Origin: Diplonema japonicum
Lineage: Eukaryota > Protista > Euglenozoa: Diplonemea
Direction: 5' to 3'
Assembly: GCA_964019335.1 (NCBI GenBank)
Contig: OZ025664.1
Location: forward strand, 248,001 to 312,000
DNA length: 64,000 nt
The notes under the pieces were generated by a model that searched no databases, was not told the DNA's origin, and saw only the letters and a list, made by a program, of their open reading frames with translations. This document shows, one piece after another, positions 35,825 through 48,331 of this stretch (its first letter is position 1; every line of letters starts with the position of its first letter). The position numbers and the translations under genes were made by a program.

Positions 35825-36939
35825 ATGGCGGTAGAAGATAAGCAACCATCAAGCTTGCAGACAGTAGAGACAGGAGCCATCACAGGTGCGAACAGACCGA
35901 TAGCAGAAATTGTCGAAGTGGTAGAACCCCACGAAATTGACAGAAACGCAGGAAAAAACTGGTGGCAGATACAAGCATGGAACACGAAACACAGCAAAAT
36001 AGCTTTGGAATTCCGCAAGAGCCACAGCCTGGGAAGGTTCCCTTATGAAGACAGCTATCTAGGCCCGGAGTACGAACGGTACGGGATCAAGGGTGGTGGC
36101 GTTGCAAGAGCCTTCCCCAAACCCAATCCGCTAGAACTCAGAGGGAGGTACGGTGCAATTTCGTGGGAGGGCAAAGCTCTAAACGCACTCTCAGAAGCAT
36201 ATCATCAAGGTAAAATGATAAACTTCGGGTACTTGGCCTTACTTGGTGGCATGGCATACGGAGTCCATTACCTCAGCAAGGTAACCTCCGTGGATCTCCC
36301 CGAAGATTTCAAGAAATGGGATGTCAACAACACAGGAACATCGCAAAAAACAAAATTCTACCTTCCGGACTATAAGCTCTTCGACGCGTCGGCCACAGAC
36401 CGTGAAACCTACATAAAACGTTATAACGCATCTGTATTCTCCTGCTGGGGTCACTACCCCCTTCGTAAGCTTGCTGGTCTTATCGATCCTTCTTATTACG
36501 CACGTGCCTATCATCTTCACTACCGGCGTCAGGGTGTGGTGGGTGAGTACTTCACTGATTATAGAATTCTTGAAACGACACAGAATTCCACTTTGCTGCA
36601 GTCCGAGCTGTTCAGCACCTTGGCCCATGTCCACGCAATGGTCGACGACGACGGTGTGCTCACCATGCAGCTCTCGACAGCTCTTCCCGAAGACCACTGG
36701 ACGCAGCAGTGGCATGGTACTGCGCTGGGCGATTACGTGGTGGGGCCTGCCGCGAAGGGGGTGAATGCAATTTGGTATTTTTTTTTTTTTTTTTTTTTTT
36801 TTTGTCAAACACCCACTTCAGGACCCGTGCTTGGATGACCTCGTCCTGCAATTTCTTCCTTCGACACCACTGTTCCGAGGTTTACGTTAAACCGCTTGTC
36901 ACAGCGCAAAACCTAACATTCCTGGATTCCCTGGCGTAA
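35825..36939 (+). CDS. Hypothetical protein with one TM segment; intron 36775-36821
   Basis: 337-aa ORF joined by a GT-poly(T)-AG intron to frame 36709-36939. Confidence 0.7.
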
Positions 36940-37063
36940 AGGGGGGCAAAAAAAAAAAAGAAAAAAAAAGGAACAAATTTCTTCAATCCTTTCCCCCCCC
37001 CCCCCCCCCCCCCTATCCAAGCTGGAAAAAAAAAAAAAAAAAAAAAAAGGAGAGAGGCGAGGA

Positions 37064-37909
37064 ATGGTCAGAAAAGAAAGCGGGAAAAAATCATGGGCTG
37101 CCGGTGGAGTTGCCGGGTCGGTGGGGACGGCAGTGGGGTACCCCTTGGACACTTTGAAAGTTCGTGTCCAAACAGGGATGGTAGGGGGCACAGGTGGGCT
37201 GTTAAAGGCGGTTCAACGGGTTAAGGTAGATGGTGTTGTCTCGCTGTGGAAAGGCGTCAGCGTCCCGATCGCCAGCCGGCTAGTCATAAAATCCACATTA
37301 TACAGCACCTACGGGTGGTGCAACGGACGATGGCAACGATATAAAGGAACGAACAAGCTAGAATGGTACCACTACGGCGCCAGCGGCGGGATTGGCGGAG
37401 TGGTGGGATCGATAACACAAACCCCTGTTGATTTTGTTAAAGTCCGCCTGCAAACTACCCCAGAACACCTCCCTCTTTATGGGCGTATCAAGCATGTTTT
37501 GAAAACAGCCTTTCCGGAAAATTCTTACAAGCTCCCTATCTTATACCGGGGGTACCCTCCTATGCTGTGTAGGGAGGTGGCGGGGTTCACGGTTTACTTC
37601 TCCATCTTCGAGTATCTCAAGCAAATGTATAAATTCCAAGGTTCCGCACCGTTGTTATTCGCTGCGGGGTCATTTTGTGGGTGTGTGTCGTGGTCCATTC
37701 AGTACCCGTTCGATGTTGTAAAGAGTAGAATGCAGGCCTCGAAGGACCTTAGCACCACGTCTTCACAGGTTTTTAAAAATCTACTGCAGACAGAAGGAAC
37801 GAAAGGTTTCTTCAGGGGCCTCTCTGCTGCATTGCTCCGAGCGTGTTTTGTCCACGGCGTCACCATGACCACTTACGAGCTCATCCTCGATTCGATGAAT
37901 AGTCAGTAA
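37064..37909 (+). CDS. Mitochondrial carrier (SLC25; carnitine/ornithine-carrier-like)
   Basis: Three Px[DE]xx[KR] repeats: PLDTLKVR, PVDFVKVR, PFDVVKSR. Confidence 0.92.
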   Translation: MVRKESGKKSWAAGGVAGSVGTAVGYPLDTLKVRVQTGMVGGTGGLLKAVQRVKVDGVVSLWKGVSVPIASRLVIKSTLYSTYGWCNGRWQRYKGTNKLEWYHYGASGGIGGVVGSITQTPVDFVKVRLQTTPEHLPLYGRIKHVLKTAFPENSYKLPILYRGYPPMLCREVAGFTVYFSIFEYLKQMYKFQGSAPLLFAAGSFCGCVSWSIQYPFDVVKSRMQASKDLSTTSSQVFKNLLQTEGTKGFFRGLSAALLRACFVHGVTMTTYELILDSMNSQ

Positions 37910-38033
37910 CCCATGGGTTGGGGGGGGTTTTTTTTTTTTATGTTGTTTCCTTTGTGCGCGCCTTTGAGGGGGAAGGCCTTTTCTCTTCGTTTGTTCGACG
38001 CCAGGGAAAATCTTGGGGAGAAAAGAAGAAAGA

Positions 38034-38064
<31 letters not shown>

Positions 38065-38486
38065 AGTTCAGACGTATCCGAGTGGAAGGGGGGGGGAAGG
38101 GGAGAAAGAGAATGTGGTCGTTTTTGCGCCCATTTGCTGTTATATGTTCCCCCTTTCTTTTTTTTTTTTTGTTCCACTTGCAAGCAGGGGAGAACCAACT
38201 GGCAAGGAAAAAAAAAGGGGGTACAAAAAAAAAAAAGGGAAAAAGGGAGAGGAGCTTATTGGGGCCGAAATCTATTGTACATGTGTGTGTTTTTTTTTTC
38301 CCCTCCTCCTCTCTTCCGAGCTGGGCTTGAATGCTCGCAACACTTCTCCCCCCCCCCCTTCTTTTTTTATTCTCCTTCCTTTATCTTTCTTCTTCCATTC
38401 TTTCTCTTCAGTCCACCGTCTTTCATTCTCTTAGGTTTTCCCTCCAGAAAAATTTGAAAAAAAATAAAATTAAAACAAACATACAC

Positions 38487-39481
38487 CTGATGAATTCAAA
38501 CCCTTTACTTACCTACATTGCATGAAAAAACCCTTTCGTGATTTAATCATTTTTTTTTTTTTTGCCTGATTGCCAGCTCTACCCGGTACATTAGATGATG
38601 AAGCAAACCTTACTTACCTACATTGCATGAGGCTTTCCTGTGATTCAATATTTTTTTTTTTTTTTGCGTCTGATTAAATGCTTGCTCTAGGGGAGGGGTA
38701 CCAAAATGATGAAAAATTAACCCTTTACTTACCTACATTGCCTGAAAGAATTTTTGTGATTAAAACTTTTTTTGTATGCCTGATCCCCCCCCCCCCCCCC
38801 CCCCCCGAGCTTTTTCTGCCTGATGCCATTAAATGATGAAGCAAACCTTTACTTACCTACATTGCATGAATTTCGTGATTTAATCATTTCTTTTTTTGCC
38901 TGATTGCCAGCTCTACCCAGTACATTACATGATGAACAGCAAACCTTTACTTACCTACATTGCATGAAAATCTTTTCACGATTAAATCTTTTTGCTTAGA
39001 GGCTGATATGGTTCGTGTCCTTCTAATCCGAGAAGTGAGGCTTCCCCTCCCCCTTTTTTTTTTGTCTAGTGCCTTTAAATGATGAAAAACAAACCCTTTA
39101 CTTACCTACATTGCCTGAAAAATCTTTTTTTTTGTGATTAAAGCTTATCTGTACCTGATTTTTCTTTTTTTTCAGGCGTCCTGCCACATACCGCAGGTAC
39201 CCTTAAATGTCTCTTTTTTTTTTCGAGCCTCAATCTGCCTTTGTGAAATGATGAAAAACAAACCCTTTACTTACCTACATTGCCTGAAAAAAAACCTTAG
39301 TGATTAAGTTTACATACATCTGCCTGATTTTTTTTAAAAAATAGATTTCCCCTAATCTTCTCGTTCTGGAAAAAAAATAAAAATAAAAAACAAACAAAAA
39401 AAAAATGATGAATAGCATCCTTTACTTACCTACATTGCATGAGATCTCCTGTGATTAAGACTTTCTGCTTATCTTGGCTGA
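38487..39481 (+). ncRNA. Tandem array of 8 box C/D snoRNAs, U34(SNORD34)/snR62-like: 38487-38569, 38595-38673, 38706-38783, 38833-38903, 38929-39006, 39079-39158, 39248-39327, 39405-39481
   Basis: Each unit has box C (A/C)TGATGA, guide CTT(T)ACTTACCTACATTGC, D' ATGA/CTGA, C' GTGATT (ACGATT in copy 5) and D CTGA. The guide is complementary to conserved LSU CAAUGUAGGUAAG, and the D'+5 rule points to the U in CAAU. Confidence 0.88.
39175..39213 (+). repeat. Dispersed hairpin motif, copy C (inside the snoRNA array)
   Basis: GGCGTCCTGCCACATACCGCAGGTACCCTTAAATGTCTC. Confidence 0.8.
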
Positions 39482-39539
39482 GTAATACTTTTTCCAGAAT
39501 AGTGTTATAAAAATAACGCAAATAAACCAGTAGGGGGGG

Positions 39540-40271
39540 ATGCATTGTGTTAATCATGATTTCAGCGAAGACCGGTTTTATGTAGGCACAGGGGGGCTGA
39601 AACCGCTCCCCTTGGACAAGAACACGGTGCGGCTGAGGGGGAAACAGCAACAGCAGGTTGTAAATAGATTGTTTTATGCGAAGAAGCAACAAAAACTGGA
39701 GGCAACAGAGTCAAAACGAGAGGCAGCGGAACCAAAGAAGGCCCCCCTCCACCGGTCTGAGAGAGAGATGGCACTCTTATGCGAAAGGCTGTCGCAACAG
39801 ATTCCCGTTGCACACAACACCACACCAGCTAGGACTAAGGTGCCATGGGTCGTACCACTACCCCATGATAAGAAGCCCTTATATGCGTACGCAGCCTCAG
39901 AGGATCCTCACCTGAAGACGTACTGGCTGCGGAAGACTGTCATTCTTGAAGGGTTGAAGAGCCCAAATCGGCGTCCTGTTATGTCTTGTTTGAAACTGCC
40001 GGACGCTGAGACCTGTCTACCGTTGATACGGAGGGCCCCGGAGACAATCGATGACGTTTCAGCTGCAGACCCCGATCTCCCTGAGAATTTAGAGGTCCAC
40101 ACCGTGGCGCCGAAGGAAGACCTGCAGCTACAATTGCAGCAGGCTGCCTCGTTGCCTTCGTCTTCCTCGCCCTCGCCTTCTTCTTCTTCTCGCTCCTCTT
40201 CATCGTCGCCGCCGGCCGCACCACGGTCAGCTTCTTCTTCTTCTTCATCGTCTTATGGCGATAGTGATTGA
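39540..40271 (+). CDS. Hypothetical protein with Ser-rich C-terminus
   Basis: 243-aa ORF with coding-like composition. Confidence 0.6.
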   Translation: MHCVNHDFSEDRFYVGTGGLKPLPLDKNTVRLRGKQQQQVVNRLFYAKKQQKLEATESKREAAEPKKAPLHRSEREMALLCERLSQQIPVAHNTTPARTKVPWVVPLPHDKKPLYAYAASEDPHLKTYWLRKTVILEGLKSPNRRPVMSCLKLPDAETCLPLIRRAPETIDDVSAADPDLPENLEVHTVAPKEDLQLQLQQAASLPSSSSPSPSSSSRSSSSSPPAAPRSASSSSSSSYGDSD

Positions 40272-40428
40272 TTCTTTTACAAGAACACTCTTCTTATTTT
40301 CTTCTTTTTCTTCTTTTTCTTCTTTCTCTACGTTACCTCCCCCCTTTTTTTTCACTCAAAAGAAAGTAGGTACACACGCGGGAAGAGGAAAGGAAAAAAA
40401 AAAAAAAAATTAAAAAAACGTCCATGAC

Positions 40429-43400
40429 ATGATAGAACCAGGAGCGCTTTGCTACTTCACACACAAAGAGGAACACTCTTGGGTGTTGGGGAAGGTTAAG
40501 TCATGGGACGGGAAGAAAGGCGCGTGTGTGAGCGAGGACCCGAAGCTCCCGAACTTGTCCGCAATGAAGCTAGGGGAAGATGACATCTACCCGGTATCGA
40601 AGGACGTTCTGGGTGAAGACGTCAACGACCTGCTGTCCCTCACTATCCTGCACGACGCCACCCTCCTGAACTGCCTCAAGCTCAGGTATTACAAAGACGT
40701 CATCTACACCAACATCGGGGCCATCGTCGTTGCACTAAATCCGTTCAATTTCAAAATACCACGGTACATGGACGACCAGATGCCGAAGTATCTAGCAGAA
40801 GGCGACCGTATAGAACATAATGTTCCACACAGTTGGGCAGTCGCCCACAATACATATCACGAGTTGATCAACGATGGGCAGAATCAGTGCATTTTGGTAA
40901 GCGGGGAATCTGGTGCGGGGAAGACAGAAGCATCGAAAATTGTCATGAAATATTTAGGAGCCATCTCGTGCAAGAGGGGTGAGGGTGATCAGAAAACAGC
41001 GGCGCAGGAAGTTGGATCCAAGATCAACATGGCCTCCCCGATCCTGGAATCCTTCGGAAACGCGCGAACGGTTCGAAACGACAACAGCAGCCGTTTTGGG
41101 AAGTTCATGAAGGTTCAGTTCTCCCCCGAGGGTTTCCTGGTGGGGGCGTTCGTCATAAAGTACCTGTTGGAGAAGTCGAGGATCATCACCGCAGCAAAAG
41201 GAGAGCGGGTGTACCACTCGTTCTATCTAATCTGCCGAGCCGAAGCAGCCACGCGTTCAAAATACGAAATCGGTGAGGACAACACGTACAAGTCCGTTTC
41301 GTCGGGGAAACAATTCGACAACAAGGAATTCAACACAACGGATGAGTTCAATGAGGTTATCTGTGCTATGAAAGAGGTTGGCATCGAAGAGGGGGATGTG
41401 GACGGGGTCTGGCGTGCGGTAGCAGGGGTACTGCAAATTGAAAACACAAACTTTTTAGAAGACGGCGAAGGATCAAAACTAGACCCGAAAACAGAATCTT
41501 TCGTGGACAAATGCGTCCTATGCTGGTGCGTTGATAAAAACGATTTCGTGAAGGAATTCTGCACAACTACACTGACAGTGGCTGGTACGAAAGTTGTCAA
41601 AAATCTCAGGCCTGTTCAAGCATTTGACGCTCGTGATGCTCTTGTGAAAACGCTTTACGATGAAGTTTTCGGGTGGTTGGTCGAAAAGATCAATGACACC
41701 CTCAATGTAGAGACAAGCGCACAGTGGATCGGCCTTCTCGATATCTTCGGCTTTGAAGACTTCGAAACCGGTAACTATTTCGAACAGCTCTGCATCAACC
41801 TCGCCAACGAGACCATTCAAGGCCACTACAACCAGTTCATCTTCCAAAAGGACATGGACGAATGCCGGGCAGAAGGCATTGACGTTGCATGCATTGAGTT
41901 CCCAGACAACACCCCGTGCCTGCACATGATCGCGGGGAAGGGCGGTGTCCTCGCTCTTCTCGACGAAGAGTGTTCGTTGGGAAAAGGTTCCGACCACGGC
42001 TTCCTCGACAACGTGTGCAGGACGTTCAAACCAAACAAGAAATTCTTCGATAAAAAAACTTTGGCGAAAGACTGTTTCATCATCCACCACTACGCTGGCT
42101 CCGTGTCGTACGACGTCACTGGTGCTTTAGACAAAAACCGTGACACTTTGAAGGATTCGTACAAGTTGTTGATGCGTGCCTCCAGCAACGACTTCATCAA
42201 GGAGCGCATCCAGGCGCCCATCGAAAAATCCGGGAAGAGAGTGAGCGTCGGAGGCTTCTTCAAAAGCCAGCTCAAAGACCTCATGGACCTGATCAACTCC
42301 ACGAACCCGCATTGGATCCGATGCGTGAAACCACACCCTGCTAAAAAACCCCTTCACTTCCACGGTGTGTCGACCATGGGCCAGCTCGGCTCCTCCGGCG
42401 TGCTTGGCACCGTGAAAATCCGTAAAGCAGGCTACCCAGTACGGCTCGTCTTCGATATGTTCTGGCCGCGGTACAGAGTCATTGCACTCGAAGCAGGCAA
42501 AGGCCAGGGGCTGACACTATCTGATGCTCTGGAAGGGTCGAAGTCCGTTGTATTTGATGTACTTGGATGGGAGCAGGACATGGTGCAGATGGGCGTGACA
42601 CGGGTTTTCTTGAAAGCCCACGCATACATAGAATTGGAGAAAGCAAAAAAAAAAGCATTGACGGCAAGCTGCTTGAAGCTGCAAGCTGTGGGACGGTGGA
42701 AGAACGTGTTACCCGTCGTTCGAAAAAAACGCTGGGAGGCAGCCAGCAGGCATATCCAGAAAGAGTTCCGCGAGTTCATGGTCCGCTGTGCTGAGGTGCG
42801 AAAGGAAAGAGAGAGGATCCGAAAGGAGCTTCAAGCGAAACACGATGCCGAGCGTACTACTCTCATCGAGGAAGGCCTCAGCGGGATGGAACCCATTTAT
42901 CTGGAGTTCGAAGCTCCCTTCGCAAATTGGAAGCTGCAACTTGAAAGAGAAGCCGTTGAAATTGAAAAAATGCTGGAATATTTTGGTGAGTCCCGGCAAA
43001 ATATGCGTGATGATGAGGCAAAAGGCCGTGCGGCCATAGATACGGAGTCGGAGAAAGGCTACGAGGTACTTCAGCAAAAGCTCCTTGAAATGCTCCTCGA
43101 CTGCATCAGCCTCAGCGAGAACGACGCTCGGAACGAGGTGAAACGGGTCGAAAAAGAAGAACGGGAAAAGTTAAAACTCGTTCTAGCAGAAGGCTTCGCG
43201 ATGGTCAACGTTCTGCAATACATTGACTTTGAAGAGGTAGCACGTGGCATGGTTGAGGACCTTGAAAAATGCTCCCGCACAGAGCTCATGAAGCGATGGG
43301 AGCTAATGGAAGTCGAACGGTACGAATGGGACAGCATGATGGAGATATTGATCCCGAAAACGCTTGTCATCAGAAAGGGCATTGCGAAATACCAGAAGAG

Positions 43401-44056
43401 AGTAGCAAAACGAGAGGAAATTGTAAGAGAACGCCAAATGCTAGAAGGATCTGCTGCAGGTGGCGGCATGGGGTCATCCACGTCTGGTGGAATGCCTACC
43501 CGAACATACGTGCAATGCAACGCAGACGGGAGGCCCGTCATTGTGTCAATCGATAACAAAATCAGCGGTGGGAAGCCGGCGTGGGTTGGCTCCTCCGGCA
43601 TCGCTTCTCTAGATCAAATGCCCCGTTCCACCCAACGCACCAAGGAGGAACTCAGCAAAATGAGGGCCTCCGATTCAGCGTCGCCGCCCAGCTCCCCTCT
43701 GTCCAAGCAGCAGCTCTATTCGTCGCCCCAACGCCATTCTTCTGTATCTCGTGATTCCATAGGCTCGCCTTCTCCAAGACGGTCCATAGAAGAGGTCTAC
43801 GGCAGAGAAGGAAACATCAGCACCAACACAAAACTAAACGCATGGGACGACCCTCCTAAACTGAGCAGGGTTTGCCCCGCTATGGGAATTAACCATAAGG
43901 TAGTGGTTTTTTTTTTGGGGGGGGGCAAAAAAAAAACTAGATTGCGGGGGCATCCGCTGCCGCGCTTGAAAAGATGGGAGAACACAATCCGATGTTTAAA
44001 CCTGTTTTCATTGCTTCAAGAGAGGAATGCGCTGCACAGGTTTGACAGGGGCGGAT

Positions 44057-44087
<31 letters not shown>

Positions 44088-44756
44088 ACAAACCTTGCAG
44101 CTACGGTGGCTAGAAGATCAAGGAGCGCACCCCACCGGGAGATTTATAGACCCGGGCAGCATCAAGACAGTGAAGTCCCTGAAATCTGCAGAGATCACAC
44201 TTCGTAAAACAAAGCAAGAATACTGTGACAGAATGAGAAGAGAATTGAAGCGGCTGGACACACTGTGCCAGCAGTGCAAAGTACCCGAGAAGCACCCCGT
44301 GACACAACAGATGTGCAAGATGAAGTCCGTGCACAGGTCGTTGATATGTGACTACCCTCCGACAACAGATGTGTTTCAAGTTGTGGAAGAGGTTCACCGC
44401 TTGAGCACCGCCATTTTGGAGCACAAGGAAGATGTTTTAAGAGTGCTTAAGTCAGCTTACAGGCAGAAATTGTTGGATTCTCATCTGTATGGGGAAAAAA
44501 GAAAAAAAAAAAAAAAAAAAATACCACGCAGAAAAATCGATTCCAAGCAGCCCTATCACAAGCTCAAGTCCATTCTCGATGAAGCTTCAAGCATTACGAA
44601 GTACGATTGCTTCGTTCGCTGTACTTCTTGCGCCTCGTTCTTCAGGGAAAAGGTTGGGAGGTGTGTAAGAAAAGATTTCTTTTTTTGGAAAAAAAAAAAT
44701 AATAAATACCTAGGTGTTGGAACTGCGGTGGGTGTGCAGAGGTTGAAATTTTCTAA
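40429..44756 (+). CDS. Unconventional myosin heavy chain; introns 43900-43940, 44040-44100, 44487-44531, 44661-44713
   Basis: GESGAGKT, NDNSSRFGK, LLDIFGFE and PHWIRCVKP motifs; IQ-like motifs, coiled coil; spliced C-terminus CTSC..CWNC. Confidence 0.9.
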
Positions 44757-45137
44757 AGAATGATACAAGAAAAAATATAAACCAAAAAAAAAAAACAAAA
44801 AAACTGCCTTCATTATTAAGTTAAGAAGAGAGTGTTCGTTCATATATATATCCATATCTCTTCTCCCCCCCCCCCCCCATTATTCTGTGTGCATAAAAAC
44901 TGGCAGTGTCAGCCATTTTTTGCTGCAAACCCCCCCCCCCCCTCATTTCCCTTTCGCCCTTTCGGAAGAACACAACTGTACCCTCATCGAATACCCCTCT
45001 CCCCTGTACCTTCTTTTATCCCCCCCCCTTCATGTCCCTTTTTACTACGTCCTTTTTTTGTTTATCGGTTTTTCTTTTTTGTTCCCCATTACTCTTTCCA
45101 TTTTTTTTTTGTATCTATATATATATATATATTTTAA

Positions 45138-46713
45138 CCATCTACCAACGAGCGTCTTTATAGAGACGATTTGAAAAAAAATCTTTTGCGCAAAGGGCTT
45201 TCAATGCAATACAGCCCGGCCACTTCTCGCATCCGGGGTCCTGCGCGGAAAATATGAAAAATATAAACTAAATGCTGCCCTAACTTAACAAGAAAAAGAA
45301 AAAAGAAAAAAAAACGCCAGCCCAAATTTACCCTTAAAAATCACTTCAAAAAAGGGCACCCAGAAAGAGGCCGGAAGAGGACATTATGAGTGATGGTAGC
45401 ACTGATGGCTCATCCCTATTATGCAATTTTGGTACGGACAGTGATTCTGATACGAATTCGACCGATACCGAGTCACAGCGGGGTGATTGGACGGCAAAGC
45501 CGGAGCGGTTGGAAGGCATCCGGTTTCGTGAAGATCGGAATCCTTGTGGACCCTGTTTTGACATCAGAGGCTCAACGCCATTCCATATATTCTCCCAAAT
45601 GCTCGCCCCAAACGTTATTTGGGTCATAGTTTCGAACAATGTGGCAAATGCGGCTAAAAAAGGTGTTTCCCTGGATCTCAATGCTGCTTCTTTGCGTACC
45701 TTCCTAGGTGCCCTTTTGTCGATGGACTTGGATATCAAGCCAGATTATTCTGACTACTGGCGCACTGGCTCCACGTCTCTCAACCACACCCCTGGGTACG
45801 CCACCGTCATGTCAAGAGACCGCTTTTTGACTATTCTGGGAAATCTGTGTTTCCACAGCGAAACAAACAAGCGTGCTGACTTCTACCTATCGCAAAGGCC
45901 TCCCGGAGATCACGGATGCCCCAAAGAAGCGAGGCCGCAAGCCCAAGGACACGCATCCTGTGGCGACACCCAGTTCCACCAGCACGTGAGCATCCTTTGC
46001 ACCACAACGTGGCATGACATCAAGCCTGTGCGCTTTCTGTCGACGTTGGATGTTCTGGTGAAGTCAAATTTGACGTGTCGGCCAAAAGAGAATGAAAGCC
46101 GGAAAGGACATCCCACTCCCCACCAAGTGCATATTTACAACACCGCAATGGGTGGAACCGACGCTGGGTGACGCTGTGACAAAACGCCATAAACGCACCC
46201 TTATGACTTCGAAGTGGCCCCTGAAAGTATTTTCGTACGTGTTAGATAAATCTCTGGCAAATGCTTGGCTTGTTTGGAAAGAAGCATTGCCCCCCAACAC
46301 CCTGAGTATGAACGACAGTGGATTCACGCCTTTCAAAGAGGCAGTCATCGAAGGGCTACTAGGGAGGCTGTCACCGGGGATACCCCCCAGAAACCCCTCT
46401 CGGGGTCAAAAAAGAAGTCCCCCAGCCCTGGGGCACGTACGAACCGCGTCAAGAAGGCCTTAAATAGCTTTTTACAGAATTTTACAGTCGATTTTTTTTG
46501 ACTTGTTTTTTGTACCCCCTCTCGGGCACTTCAGGAACGATATTTTTGACAATGTTGTGAGGGTGGGCCCTGCTGTGGGCACCCTCTCTCTAGAATTGGG
46601 ACATCTGGAGGCATTTCCGGGGGCATATAGCCCCGGCGTTGCGCTAGAATAGCTTTTTTTGAAGTTTTGAAAATTTACCCCCTGGTGGGCAACAATGGTC
46701 CGTTGGTAGATGG
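45138..46713 (+). mobile_element. Internally deleted piggyBac element 1
   Basis: Perfect 13-bp TIR CCATCTACCAACG flanked by TTAA; transposase fragments FLGALLSM..DYW..MSRDRF, WHDIKPVRFLST and YNTAMGGTD; frameshifted. Confidence 0.9.
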
Positions 46714-46775
46714 TTAAATTCCTTTTTTTTGACGAGGAAAAAAAAAATACCTAGGGGCAAAAAAAAAAAAAAAAA

Positions 46776-47972
46776 ATGCCGCCAAAAAAAGATTTTTACA
46801 AGTACTACCGGTATCGCGATTTCAGGTTGATGTACTTTGGAGACACCCCTTTCCACATGTTCTCAGAGGTAATGGAGACGATTAATCGGGAAAAACCGAC
46901 GGCGGTGGTTATGAATGGGGGGCTGGTGGGTGACAAGACATCAATGATAGACAAAGGGAGAACGAGAATGAAACTCATGAACGAAGCTGGGATCCAGTAC
47001 ACAGTGATCAGCAGCCAGGACAAACTATTTGGAAAAGAGGTGATCGGGAAACGACTGGGGGAGTTTAAGGGAAGGGTTCTAGGCGGCAATACCGAATCTG
47101 AGATCCCAGGTTCATTCGTAACTTTAACCGGCTCAGCTGAACCAGTACAAGAAACCAAAGACCTTCTGAAAAAACAAAAAGGAAAAATCGTGATACCCAT
47201 CACGAACTCTTACACAAAACCCCAGGACGAGGCACTGGCCGACGCTGCCGTTCCTATAACAGAAGGTGCCATGATGCCCATTATACTTTCGGCATCTGAT
47301 CCATCAGCTTCGGCATCTTTATCAAAACACTACAACGGTATCAAGCAAGCCGATATTGGTCAAGGCTCTCCTGCATATTTTAATATAGATATTTGGCACA
47401 AACATGTATTTCACATTGTGCCTTCTATCCGTAAAATAGCGACAGAGGTGAAGGCTGACTGCAGCGTGATGAATGCGATCCTTGCCGAGCATGCTGAGAT
47501 GCTGCAACATATCGATACGCAACAAATTTTCAACGGGGAGGCTCTGCGGGGGCTGGGTGTACTTACTGGTGTTTGTGATATTCTTCGGGACGAGCTTGGT
47601 GCCGATGCTGCGATTCTGCACAGGAACTCCCTTAGGAGCCATTCTCGCAATGTTTCGACTTTGGGGTCTTTCAGGGAAGTCTTTCCTTACCCGGCAAGAA
47701 TGTGTGTCATTACCCTTGCTGGGAACGCGTTGTTGGAGATGCTTCGGTGGTCCCCTCGAACGCCTCTCGCCGCCCTCTCCTTCGACTCCCGGACTTCATT
47801 GGATACAATCGATTCTTCAAAGGTTTATAAAACGGCCGTGCCGTGCGTGCTGTTGACAGGGCTTTACCAAGTACTGCCGTTGATGCGGTACGCAGAGCAA
47901 GCAACCACCGCAAGCAGCATCCCTGCGTACACATCAGTTGCCGCTTCTGTTTACGAAAAAACCGTGTTTTGA
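46776..47972 (+). CDS. Degenerate 5'-nucleotidase/metallophosphoesterase-like protein
   Basis: S..DKG..MKLMNEAG..FG..RLGE N-terminal pattern and CDILRDELGADAAILHRNSLR..FPY C-terminal domain; metal motifs altered. Confidence 0.65.
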   Translation: MPPKKDFYKYYRYRDFRLMYFGDTPFHMFSEVMETINREKPTAVVMNGGLVGDKTSMIDKGRTRMKLMNEAGIQYTVISSQDKLFGKEVIGKRLGEFKGRVLGGNTESEIPGSFVTLTGSAEPVQETKDLLKKQKGKIVIPITNSYTKPQDEALADAAVPITEGAMMPIILSASDPSASASLSKHYNGIKQADIGQGSPAYFNIDIWHKHVFHIVPSIRKIATEVKADCSVMNAILAEHAEMLQHIDTQQIFNGEALRGLGVLTGVCDILRDELGADAAILHRNSLRSHSRNVSTLGSFREVFPYPARMCVITLAGNALLEMLRWSPRTPLAALSFDSRTSLDTIDSSKVYKTAVPCVLLTGLYQVLPLMRYAEQATTASSIPAYTSVAASVYEKTVF

Positions 47973-48331
47973 AACAAGGGCAAAAAAGAAAGGAAAAAAA
48001 AAAAAAAATCAAATGAGTTCAAGTAAGCTTAACCTTACCTCATTTTTTTACCCCCTTCTATTTTTTTTTTTTCTTCTTCGTGCCTTTTTTTTTGTTTATA
48101 TTCAACAAGGTAGAGGACGGGGGGTGGTCGGGGCTGGCGGAGCCGTGAGGAGTTTTGTTTTTGTTTTTGTTTTTTTTGAAACAATATGAGCGGAGGGTCA
48201 GGACAAGCGGCGCCAGGGTACCTCGACACCACCTATGACGGGAGGCTGCCGCCGGATATGCTGAGCAACCCTAGTTTTGGTATGGGAACAATAACCAACC
48301 GTGCAACTCACACAACACAGCCGGCACCACA

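Noticed and set aside
38487-39481. CRISPR-like repeat-spacer array or U1 snRNA cluster
   Set aside because: Eukaryotic context with no cas genes. The repeats carry C/D'/C'/D boxes, and ACTTACCT is internal with no U1 stem-loops or Sm site.
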